A stretch of DNA of 64,000 nt from Parachlamydiales bacterium (GTDB taxonomy: Bacteria; Chlamydiota; Chlamydiia; Chlamydiales; JAJFMK01), in NCBI GenBank assembly GCA_963765145.1, contig CAVXVG010000021.1:96001-160000 (forward strand). Direction: 5' to 3'. Both the position numbers and the translations under genes were made by a program. This document shows positions 49,908-58,768 of this stretch, piece by piece. Within the stretch, counting starts at the first letter, position 1, and each line of letters opens with the position of its first letter. A model generated the notes under the pieces. It worked only from the letters and a program-made list of their open reading frames with translations. It ran no database searches and was not told where the DNA came from.

Positions 49908-50695
49908 TTCATATCTCTTTGGCGCAAAGCCTCAAAAAGAAGCAAGGTAGCCGCTGTCGCCACGTTCAGCGAGTCGGCCTTCCCTCTCATTGGAATACGC
50001 ACCTGGATATCTGCTTGTTCCATCCAAAGCTTTGATAGCCCCAGCTGTTCAGTGCCGACCACAATGGCAATATCGCCTGTCAAATCTGACTCTGTATAAG
50101 AAAGGGTTGCATGGGGTGTTGCAGAGACAATTTTGATCTTATTATTCTTTAAATAGGCAAGCGTCTCTTCGGCACTGGCCTCTATAACCGGAAGGGTAAA
50201 TAGGGTTCCGACACTTGCTCTTACGACATTGGGGTTATGGAGGTCGGTTGTTTTATCTGCCAAAATGCAGGCATCGATCCCCGCAGCATCGCTACTGCGA
50301 AGCAGTGTCCCTAAATTTCCCGGTTTTTCAATTGATTCAGCTACTAAAAGAAAGCGATGATCAGTCTTTGGAAGGTCTTTTAGCCCTAAATGACGCTGAG
50401 GTGCAACAGCTAAAAGCCCATCGGGGCGATCTCGGTAAGACAACTTCCTAAACACCTTTTCAGGTACTTGATAAACTTTAGTTCTAGCATTCGCTATAAG
50501 CTGATCTTCATTTGAGCCTAAAAACAGCTCAGGGCACACAAACAGATAATCCAGAGGTTGTTTTCCCTCGATGGCGCGGAGAAGTTCTCTGTATCCTTCG
50601 ATCAAAAACAGCCCTTGTTTATCTCTGTCTCGACGGTCTTGCAGTCGAAAAGCTAATTTGACTTTTGGATTGTCTAAACTGGTGATTTCTTCCAT
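49904..50695 (-). CDS. TrmH/SpoU RNA methyltransferase
   Basis: EKPGNLGTLLRS, GTEQLGL, IPMRGKADSLNVA. Confidence 0.92.
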   Translation of the reverse strand: MEEITSLDNPKVKLAFRLQDRRDRDKQGLFLIEGYRELLRAIEGKQPLDYLFVCPELFLGSNEDQLIANARTKVYQVPEKVFRKLSYRDRPDGLLAVAPQRHLGLKDLPKTDHRFLLVAESIEKPGNLGTLLRSSDAAGIDACILADKTTDLHNPNVVRASVGTLFTLPVIEASAEETLAYLKNNKIKIVSATPHATLSYTESDLTGDIAIVVGTEQLGLSKLWMEQADIQVRIPMRGKADSLNVATAATLLLFEALRQRDMK

Positions 50696-51504
50696 TAGAA
50701 AGTACCTTTTGCATAGCATCCGGAAGGCAAAGGAAATGGACCGGGCAGCAAGAGCTCGTCTGTTTCAACCTCTTTACAGCCAACCTCTCTGGTCAGGAGG
50801 TGAGAAAGGATCGTTGGGGTAAAGCCTGGGGTATGGCAAGAGAGGATGACAAACAGCGGACGATCGGAAAGGAGATCTCGACAAAGATGAAGCAACTGGA
50901 TCAGCCCCTCTTCAATTTTGAACAGCTCACCCTTTGTTCCTCGCCCAAACGTGGGAGGATCTAATACGATTGCATCGTACTTTTTTCCCCTCGTGACCTC
51001 CCGTCTTAAAAATTTAGTCACGTCGTCGATTATCCATCGGATCGGGGCATTCTCTAATCGATTTAAAGCGGCGTTTTCTCGCGCCCAAGCCACCATCCCT
51101 TTCGAAGCGTCTAAGTGGCATACTTCGGCCCCGGCTTTTGCTGCAGCCAGAGTTAAACCGCCAGAATAAGCAAACAGATTCAAAAGGGAAGAGCCTTTAG
51201 ACAACGACGTTTCGACTTTGCCCCACAACTTGCCATGCTCCGGAAAGAGCCCTAAATGGCCAAAATCTGTCGCTTTCAATAAAAACTTTAAACCGGCATG
51301 GGTGATATGAAAAGTTTCCGGCAGCCGATTCCATTGCCATTCGCTCCCTTCTCCTTCACGAATTAGTCTTGCATCGGCTTTTTTCCACACCGATTCCTCT
51401 TTCTGTTTAGACCAAAGAGCAAGTGAAGCAGGGCGATCGACAAGATAAGGGCCAAACTGCTCTAGCTTTCTTCCCTCTCCCGAATCAATAAGTTGATAAT
51501 CCAT
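50695..51504 (-). CDS. Class I SAM-dependent (RlmI-like) methyltransferase
   Basis: LNLFAYSG, LDPPTFGRG. Confidence 0.9.
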   Translation of the reverse strand: MDYQLIDSGEGRKLEQFGPYLVDRPASLALWSKQKEESVWKKADARLIREGEGSEWQWNRLPETFHITHAGLKFLLKATDFGHLGLFPEHGKLWGKVETSLSKGSSLLNLFAYSGGLTLAAAKAGAEVCHLDASKGMVAWARENAALNRLENAPIRWIIDDVTKFLRREVTRGKKYDAIVLDPPTFGRGTKGELFKIEEGLIQLLHLCRDLLSDRPLFVILSCHTPGFTPTILSHLLTREVGCKEVETDELLLPGPFPLPSGCYAKGTF

Positions 51505-51573
51505 GCGGAAGATTATACTAGATTCTTGAGATATGTAAAAACAATCTCGCGAGGCAAAACGACGGGTTCATAG

Positions 51574-54195
51574 TCATTCCTGTAGAATGGCGCCCAAGCT
51601 TTTTAGAACTGCGAGCTGACGTAGTTGTTCAATGGCATCAAGAATTTCTTTTGACTCTGGGTTGTTGGGACCTAAGCATTCATCCAGCATTGAAAGGGCT
51701 TTTAACGTGTAGGCCTGCCCCTGCTGATAGTCCCCTCTCATCGTATAAATGACACCTAATCTACCCATTGTTTGCGCGACAGAGACATTTTTTCCTCCAT
51801 AGTTCTTCTGTTCGATTCGAAGGCCTTTGAGTGTGTAAGCTAAGGCATCGTCGAGTTGAAGCGTCTCAATGTTAACGGCTCCTAAGTTACAATAAGGGGC
51901 TCCCAATCCACCATAGTCTGGTCCAAATTTATCTTCATAGATTCTGACCGCTTCTTTAAAAAGGGGAACAGCCTTTTGACTTTGGTTTAGGCCGATATAG
52001 CAGACAGCCACGTCATTAGAGCATTCAGCAATATCAGGATGATCTTCTGGAAGGATATTTTTTGTCATTTGATACGCTCGTTCAAGATAAGCGAGGGCTT
52101 GGCTGAATTGTTTTTGGGAACAATAGACTGCGCCTATGCAGCGGAGGCTCAAGGCCAGAGCGTGATCATCTTTTCCCCCCGCTAATTGCTCTGTGATTTT
52201 TAATCCTTTCTGATGGTATTCAAGGGCATTTTTATAATTGCCTAAAAGCAACTGTTGTTGCCCGGCCTGATGAAGGGTAAGGGCCTGAGTGCTCTCATTT
52301 GAAACTGTCTTGCCGCTTGCGACGAGAGCTTCGTGGGTACATTGGGCCGCTTTGATCCCGTTTCCAACGAGTGTATAGGCAAATGCCAGGTGGCTAAGGA
52401 CAGCTTCTTTTAGCTCTGTTATATCGGGATGCAGGGTGTCGAGCCGATCTTTTGCTTTCTCACACCATTCAACAGACTCCTTCCCCTTTTTTGCCTGGAT
52501 GTAGAAAACACCGATATTATAGATGGTTCTAGTACATTCCAAAGAGTTTGGACCAAACTCCTCCTGTTCTCTTTGTAGTTCCTCTTGCGAAAACTTTAAC
52601 GCTTTGGCCATGTCTAACTCTAAGCTGGAATAGAATGCGAAGAGTTTATTCAAAAACTTGTGCAGATCTTTTTTTATATAAGGGAGGAAAGCTTCTAGGT
52701 GTGAGACTAGCCTTTTTGCCTTTGGCCAGGCGGTTATTGGATCATCGGAATCAAAAAAGAGAAAATCGTTGTGAAAAACTGCCCAGACTTGAGCGATGAT
52801 CTCGTTTTTCAGTGCCGGTGTGGTAGACAAAGACTCCTGAACAGTTGCCTGAAATAGGCGGTGTGTTTCATAGGTACCCTCCTCTGTGCCTGGTGCGAGA
52901 AGACTGAATTTTTGGAAAAGATGGAGACGTTTTTGTAAAAGTAATGGAGTCGCCCCAACAAAGTCAAAAATTTCTGTAGGAATAGCCTCTGGGGCAATAA
53001 AAGCTGTTCTCCAAAGCAGTTTGGCCGATTCTCCAAGTCGTTTTTCCGACAGTTTCCAAGTGGTCATCAAGGTCGCTTGAGTCTTATCGGCTGAGGCTTC
53101 ATCTTTCCATAATTGGCCCCTGCACTCTAGAAACAGTTGATAATAGTCTTGATAAGAGGTTTTTGTTTCGCTTATATAACCTGCCGCTTGAGCAAGCCCA
53201 AGAGGTAAACACCCTAACTGTTCGACCAATTGCTGGCTCCAGCTGTCGCTCTCCTGACCTGTGATCTTCTCGAGGAGTTCTAACGATTCAGAGGGTGTGA
53301 TTGTAGACAGCACTAGGCTATTGGCAGAATGGGGATTGCGGCTGGTGATGATCGCATCTCCACCACGTTGAGGCAGATATAGAGAGCATTTGCTTGCGTC
53401 CTCAGCATTATCCAAAACGATGATCCAACCTGAATGGGTCTCAAACCAGCCTAGAACCTTTTCAAACACCTCCTCATTTGATGCTTTGAGACCGATGATC
53501 CCTATCTTTTCACCAAAGGCTCTGTAGGCTTTAGAGGGGTTGTCTGCTGACACCACCAAAGCAACCGGGTATTGGTTGCGGTGTCGCTTAGCATACTGAA
53601 GGGCAAGGAACGTTTTACCAACACCCCCAAGGCCGGCAAGCAAAACTTGATTGAGTTTGACCGTCGGATCTCCTTGCAGCATCTGACCGATCTTGCGCAA
53701 ATCACTCTCCCTTCCAACAAATGGAATAGAACTCTCCGGGATCATCCAGACAGATAGGGCGGGGACTGCAAGGCGAGTGTCTGGAAGGTCTAATCTTCTT
53801 TGCAAAGCAGCTGGCGCATCTGGCCCCATTGCAAATAAGGGATTTTCCGGCTCTTGAGTCCTTTTCGGTTGGGTGAAGGGTTGACCCCAAGGGGCTCTCT
53901 CCCCTTCTTTCCAAAGCGATTCGTGGCGGGATTGGCGCCCCCCTCCTCCCCTACCAAATGGGAGAAAACGGATAGAAGTTCCATCCCAATGGAACCGGAA
54001 GCGATTTTCCCTCAAAAGAGGAGCAATCTTGGCCTGGAATAGCTGGAAAGGGACCTGCTCCAAGCCCTTTACAGGAACACGGCCCATCCCATTGAAATAG
54101 CCTCTTACCTCACCATCAGGTTGAGCCCAAAGGGCAAAATGCCCCTGCCCATTTTTTTGATGGAAAACGCAAGGTAAAAAGGAAGAAAGGTTCAT
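51574..54195 (-). CDS. NB-ARC/STAND NTPase with C-terminal TPR array (NLR-like)
   Basis: FVGRE, GLGGVGKT, VLDNAE, IITSRN, LGCLPLGLAQAAGYI, kinesin-light-chain-like TPRs. Confidence 0.88.
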   Translation of the reverse strand: MNLSSFLPCVFHQKNGQGHFALWAQPDGEVRGYFNGMGRVPVKGLEQVPFQLFQAKIAPLLRENRFRFHWDGTSIRFLPFGRGGGGRQSRHESLWKEGERAPWGQPFTQPKRTQEPENPLFAMGPDAPAALQRRLDLPDTRLAVPALSVWMIPESSIPFVGRESDLRKIGQMLQGDPTVKLNQVLLAGLGGVGKTFLALQYAKRHRNQYPVALVVSADNPSKAYRAFGEKIGIIGLKASNEEVFEKVLGWFETHSGWIIVLDNAEDASKCSLYLPQRGGDAIITSRNPHSANSLVLSTITPSESLELLEKITGQESDSWSQQLVEQLGCLPLGLAQAAGYISETKTSYQDYYQLFLECRGQLWKDEASADKTQATLMTTWKLSEKRLGESAKLLWRTAFIAPEAIPTEIFDFVGATPLLLQKRLHLFQKFSLLAPGTEEGTYETHRLFQATVQESLSTTPALKNEIIAQVWAVFHNDFLFFDSDDPITAWPKAKRLVSHLEAFLPYIKKDLHKFLNKLFAFYSSLELDMAKALKFSQEELQREQEEFGPNSLECTRTIYNIGVFYIQAKKGKESVEWCEKAKDRLDTLHPDITELKEAVLSHLAFAYTLVGNGIKAAQCTHEALVASGKTVSNESTQALTLHQAGQQQLLLGNYKNALEYHQKGLKITEQLAGGKDDHALALSLRCIGAVYCSQKQFSQALAYLERAYQMTKNILPEDHPDIAECSNDVAVCYIGLNQSQKAVPLFKEAVRIYEDKFGPDYGGLGAPYCNLGAVNIETLQLDDALAYTLKGLRIEQKNYGGKNVSVAQTMGRLGVIYTMRGDYQQGQAYTLKALSMLDECLGPNNPESKEILDAIEQLRQLAVLKSLGAILQE

Positions 54196-54198
54196 CGA

Positions 54199-55504
54199 TC
54201 ACTTTCCTGCCTTTTCCCAACGTTCTAGAGTATCTTTAATGACCTGGAGGACCTGCGTGTCGGTTTCATTTCGTAGTTGTTCTTGTAAGGTTTGTTCTAT
54301 CAGGCGGCTCTCATCAGCAGTTCCAAAGTGTCCAAAGCTAAATGCATGGACTGCCGCGATCCGGATTCTCCAGCTGTTATTTTCCCCATCTTTTTGATCC
54401 TGCTTCGATAAATAGGTCTTTAAGAGAATCCTTGGCACGTATCTTTCGTGCTGTTGATCAGAGTTTTCTCCATATGATTTCCTAGCATTTTCACGTATGT
54501 AGACATCGCCATAAAGTTCACAAAACCCAACTGAGACATGCCAGCTCTCGTTATGTTCGAAATAGACTTTAAGCAGGCGAGCAGTTTCACGCGTGGCGTC
54601 GTGACGACTTGCTCGTATCATCAAAAGGGGCAGATACCAACTAGTCTCGGGAAGCGCTTGACCACGAAAAGAAAGTGCGACAGCCAGCTTATTTTGCGTC
54701 TGGACGATGTTCCTCAAACTTTTTTCGATCTCTTCTGAAGGCGAATATCCGAATTTCATCTTCTCACTGAAAAGCTTTCTTACAAGTTTTATTTCGAGGA
54801 TGTGGGGTGGCAGCCATCTATAGGCAAGCAGCCCCTGATTACAAGACTCCAAGCAAAAACGAAAATTATTCTCCGATAAAGTCTGGTCTGTTGAAGTCGG
54901 CATGACCGCCGCCACACCTTGCTTCAAGTTGAGGGCATCCTCGTAAGTGATCCGCGGACCAAAAACAATAGCGTAATCGAGAAAATGGTGGAGGTAGTGG
55001 GCTACTTGAAACTTTAGATTTAAGAGGAAATTCTTGCATTGCGTTTAAGGTTTCGATGAGATCACGGACAACACTAAAAGGTTGAGTGGGCAGCTTGCTA
55101 AAGATTTTGCTGAATTCCTCGATGAGTTGGTTAAACTTCGCACTATCATTGTTTTTTGCAGCTGCTTTTATGAGGGCTGTTTGCTGTTGCACTTCCTCAC
55201 TGCGCCGAGGGCCAAATAGGGACGAGGCGCCAGCGCCTCCCCCCTTCAAAGAGCCTGCAAATGAAAGTGAATCTGTGAAGGGGTCGGAAATGGGTTTAGC
55301 GTGGGCGAAATAATCACGAGCAGCCTCGATGTGCTCGGGAGATAGGTGAGAAGAAGGGAGCCCCTTGAGGGTATAATTTCTTCCATCCCCACTTTTTGCA
55401 GAGACTTGCCCGTCAGGCTGTCTAACAACCTCAATCGAACGGCCTTCGATTTGATAGGTTGCAAGGGGGAGGTGGGAATTAAAAAGGGGTATATTCAAAC
55501 TCAT
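54199..55504 (-). CDS. Hypothetical protein with LKGG leader and HEAT-like end, split by a +1 frameshift near 55026-55031
   Basis: The frame of 54199..54927 stays open upstream to ~55040 (LLNLKFQVAHYLHHF...). Removing one base fuses it to 54866..55504 (~434 aa). Confidence 0.65.
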
Positions 55505-55546
55505 AGCGACCTCATAAAAATTCGATTATTCAAGAGGGCGACTTTT

Positions 55547-55590
55547 AATACCAAGCGTAATAAATAATGTCTCATTTCAGCCCGTGAAAG
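55547..55590. repeat. Truncated copy of the 57665-57826 element end
   Basis: ataccaagcgtaataaataatgtctcatttcagcccgtgaaagc matches the reverse complement of the right arm. Confidence 0.65.
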
Positions 55591-55608
55591 CATCCACGAC
55601 AGAGAGAA

Positions 55609-56061
55609 TTATAGTAGGTTCTTAAGGTATGTAAAAATGTGATCTCCAATCTGTTGGATAATCTGACTTCGCTCTCCTTGTAGATGGAGATTTTCGGTCT
55701 TAGGTGATTCCCCTTTTTTCTGATAGGCAATCCAGATATTTCCAACCTCTGGACCTGTAGGCCCTGCCCACCCTGTCACTGATACACACACTGTTGCATC
55801 CAAAAGACAACTAAGCCCTTTGACCATTTCTTGAGCCATCTGCTCAGAAACAATTTTATCAGGGTATAGGTCGGGCGATACAGCTAAAAGCCCCTTTTTT
55901 ATCTGTTCTGAATAGGCAACAATGCTACCTAAAAAAACTTTCGATGCGTCAGGGACTTTCGTTAACCTGGCTGCGAGGTCGCCACCTGTGCACGATTCTG
56001 CAAAAGCAACAGTCCATTGCTTTTGTTTAAACGAATCTAAAAGTTCATGCTCCAGAGACAA
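55609..56061 (-). CDS. CinA C-terminal domain protein (NMN deamidase PncC-like)
   Basis: AESCTGG, SVTGWAGP. Confidence 0.88.
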   Translation of the reverse strand: MSLEHELLDSFKQKQWTVAFAESCTGGDLAARLTKVPDASKVFLGSIVAYSEQIKKGLLAVSPDLYPDKIVSEQMAQEMVKGLSCLLDATVCVSVTGWAGPTGPEVGNIWIAYQKKGESPKTENLHLQGERSQIIQQIGDHIFTYLKNLL

Positions 56062-56791
56062 TGATCCCTCTTTTTTCTAGTGGCAAATGTTTGATATTTT
56101 TCATTTCGTTTCCTAAACGGAACTCTGTTTGGTGCCTTTTGCCATCAGTTTCAAAGGCCACAGGGAACGTTTCATCTCGTATCCACTGCCTTAGCTCTTT
56201 CAAAAGAAGGGCATTGGGTGAAGGGGGGCGATCGGCTCTTAATAATTCTCGAGTCACAGGGTCTAAATAAATCTGCGGGAACGAGAGCTTTATCCCCCAT
56301 AAAATAGGGTCTTCCGTAAAGGCAGAGCTTCTAAAAGAGACATCAACGGGCGAATAAACGATTTTGCCGGCTTGCGCCACTATGCAGGGCAGGACAGTAT
56401 AGACCTGTTCCCTTCCATCCGGAACCAAGCGCCGATAAACGGCTTTTTCAACTGTGGAAACGTAAAAGTAGAACGGATCTAGTTGAGGCTCCCTTCCTTC
56501 TTCCAACGCTTGTAAATACTCCTTCCAAACCGTCAACAACTGTTGGACAGATTGTCTTGCTTCCCCCTGGTTAAACAACCCTTTTGAACGGTACATGAAA
56601 ACAGGCCCAAACCTTTCAAACAGCCGTTCCAGCTCTTTTTCTGAAGCTATAAATAGAAAATCAAGCCACTTTGACGCTTCAAGCGGACGTGGCGGCAACG
56701 GGTTTGGGGAGGAAGCAGAGGAAGATGACTCCTCCGGCGATGGCGATGTCGGCAACATTAAAAACCGGGTATGAATATCCAAAGAAAACAA
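56045..56791 (-). CDS. Hypothetical protein
   Basis: Long ORF between lspA and the cinA-like gene. True start probably near 56690. Confidence 0.6.
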   Translation of the reverse strand: MFSLDIHTRFLMLPTSPSPEESSSSASSPNPLPPRPLEASKWLDFLFIASEKELERLFERFGPVFMYRSKGLFNQGEARQSVQQLLTVWKEYLQALEEGREPQLDPFYFYVSTVEKAVYRRLVPDGREQVYTVLPCIVAQAGKIVYSPVDVSFRSSAFTEDPILWGIKLSFPQIYLDPVTRELLRADRPPSPNALLLKELRQWIRDETFPVAFETDGKRHQTEFRLGNEMKNIKHLPLEKRGIIVSGA

Positions 56792-57140
56792 AGTAGAACA
56801 TATCGACTACATGTCCTCTCGCAATGGTGTCAAAGATATTGCCCAAAGCACCGACCAAAATCAAGGACAGACAAAAGCGTTTAAGCCAGCCATCTGTTCG
56901 GAAAAAAGAGACAAAAAGAAACCCTACCAGAACCAACCGAAGGATAAACAACACCTCAGGATGATCTTCTAGCAAATTCCATGCGGCGCCATAGTTTTGG
57001 GCATAGACAAGAGAACCTTCGATTCCGAAAAAATCTTTAAACAATGGAATGCCGCCATAAGGGAACTCCATTCCTGCCGTTCCAATTTCTGGAAGCGTTG
57101 TGGAAATCCAATACTTCATCCCCTGATCTATACAGAACAA
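56679..57140 (-). CDS. lspA: Lipoprotein signal peptidase II
   Basis: NYGAAW, GALGNIFD, GHVVDM, VFNVADIAI. Start uncertain. Confidence 0.93.
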   Translation of the reverse strand: MFCIDQGMKYWISTTLPEIGTAGMEFPYGGIPLFKDFFGIEGSLVYAQNYGAAWNLLEDHPEVLFILRLVLVGFLFVSFFRTDGWLKRFCLSLILVGALGNIFDTIARGHVVDMFYFVFFGYSYPVFNVADIAIAGGVIFLCFLPKPVAATSA

Positions 57141-57168
57141 GAGAAGGGCAAAAATAAAGTAAAAAATT

Positions 57169-57537
57169 TTATATCAGACCTTTTTCAAGTTTTTCTTGCG
57201 CTTGAACAGTCATGGTTGCGTAAGGAATTGCTTCCAACCGTTTCACAGGAATGTCATCCCCGCTGATATCGCAAATCCCATAAGTGTCTTCGTCGATTTT
57301 CTGTAATGCTCGGTCTATCTGCCTCAGCAGATTGAACTCGCTGTTGGTCAATTCTAAGCTGATGGTTCTGTCAAAGTCGTCAGTCCCTTGGTCAGCTTGG
57401 TGCTGCGAGTAACCTGTTGCTTGATCGGGAGTTTTAACCTCTACAGCTGCCCCCTCTAATTTTTGAGTGATGGACCGGCGTAGATCTTCCAGCTTCTTTT
57501 TAAAGTGAGCGACTTCTGTTTTCGTTAGTTTTGCCAT
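57169..57537 (-). CDS. dksA: DksA/TraR transcription factor
   Basis: HQADQGTD, IDRALQKI, YGICD, RLEAIPYA. Confidence 0.9.
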   Translation of the reverse strand: MAKLTKTEVAHFKKKLEDLRRSITQKLEGAAVEVKTPDQATGYSQHQADQGTDDFDRTISLELTNSEFNLLRQIDRALQKIDEDTYGICDISGDDIPVKRLEAIPYATMTVQAQEKLEKGLI

Positions 57538-57664
57538 TTACCATAACTCCGTTGGTGGAATAAATTGGGGATAAGGAAATTACCCCGATTCTTACACTCT
57601 TCTCATCTATTCTATCAAGAAGTTTGTCAAAAAACCATCCATCTCCCTGTAATTTAAAATGATA

Positions 57665-57826
57665 TTATACCGATCGTAACAAATAATGCATCATTTGAGC
57701 AGCGTCAAAGCTGCCGGGATTCAAAGATCGTAATCGAGGTTGTTCGTATACTACCTCGATTTCGATCTTTGAATCGCGGCGCTTTCACGCGCTGAAATGA
57801 TCCATTATTTATTACGATCGGTATAA
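57665..57826. mobile_element. ~160-bp palindromic MITE-like element
   Basis: ttataccgatcgtaa.aaataatg ... cattatttattacgatcggtataa. The whole element folds back on itself. Confidence 0.7.
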
Positions 57827-57833
57827 CTTTCTT

Positions 57834-58409
57834 GTGCAACAAGATATGTTTATGACAAAGTCCAAAATGATGGATGAAAGCTCCCTATTTTATTACTTTG
57901 CCTATGGCTACAACCTGAACCAGTCCTTTTTGAAAGAACGATTAAAAAATGGGACCTGGAACCATGACGGGGTGCACAAAACAGGTCAGCTTGATGGCCC
58001 CGATCCCGTCGATCTCGGCACATACGTTCTACCCAACTATCAATTTAGCTACGATCTTGACCTGCAAAACTATAACGAAAAAGGGTCTGTAGGCAATGTC
58101 ACCATAGCCCCCAACCATAAGGTTTATGGCGCCCTTTATCGCCTGACCGAAACCCAACTCAAAAAGCTCGACCGTTCCGAAGAGGTCCCCCGCATTTATG
58201 ATCGGGTTCTTGTACAGGTCTACCAAGAGGGGGCCATCCACTCTAAAGTCGATGCATGGCTTGACTTGGGCCACCCTCAGGCAGTCACCCCCGCGCCGCA
58301 CCCTCTTTCCGACTATGTCGACACCATCGTCGCCGCTGCACAAAGCCGCCATTTCCCCCAAGAATACATCGATAAGTATTTGCGGTTTCCAGTTAATGCT
58401 GGGAAATAA
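57834..58409 (+). CDS. Gamma-glutamylcyclotransferase family protein
   Basis: YYFAYGYNL, VYGALYRL, LDRSEE.P..Y. Confidence 0.85.
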   Translation: MQQDMFMTKSKMMDESSLFYYFAYGYNLNQSFLKERLKNGTWNHDGVHKTGQLDGPDPVDLGTYVLPNYQFSYDLDLQNYNEKGSVGNVTIAPNHKVYGALYRLTETQLKKLDRSEEVPRIYDRVLVQVYQEGAIHSKVDAWLDLGHPQAVTPAPHPLSDYVDTIVAAAQSRHFPQEYIDKYLRFPVNAGK

Positions 58410-58580
58410 CAAGATCTCGTCATTTCGAGTGGTTAATTGTGCAAGAAGGCCGATTCCCCCTCCACTATCGCTACTCTCACATCCCGATCTAGAGCCTCTT
58501 GCAAAAATTGGAATGAACTCAAGATTGGCTGATAAAGCCCTTAAAATCCACTTAAGGGCTTTTGGTTACAATGTAAAAAA

Positions 58581-58692
58581 TAACAGGGTGAACAGGATAA
58601 GCTTCGCCAACTAAAATAATTTTCTGTTTACAAAACGATAAAGCTAGGCGGAGCTTATCCTGTCGCCGTAGGCGATCCTGTTCATCCTGTTA
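58581..58692. repeat. REP-like inverted repeat
   Basis: taacagggtgaacaggataagcttcgcc ... ggcggagcttatcctgt ... atcctgttcatcctgtta. Confidence 0.65.
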
Positions 58693-58768
58693 AATTTATA
58701 GGAAGCTTTTCCTTAGGTTAATGCAATGCATACAGGCCCATTTTGAAGCCTGATTTTTGCAAGTGCCT

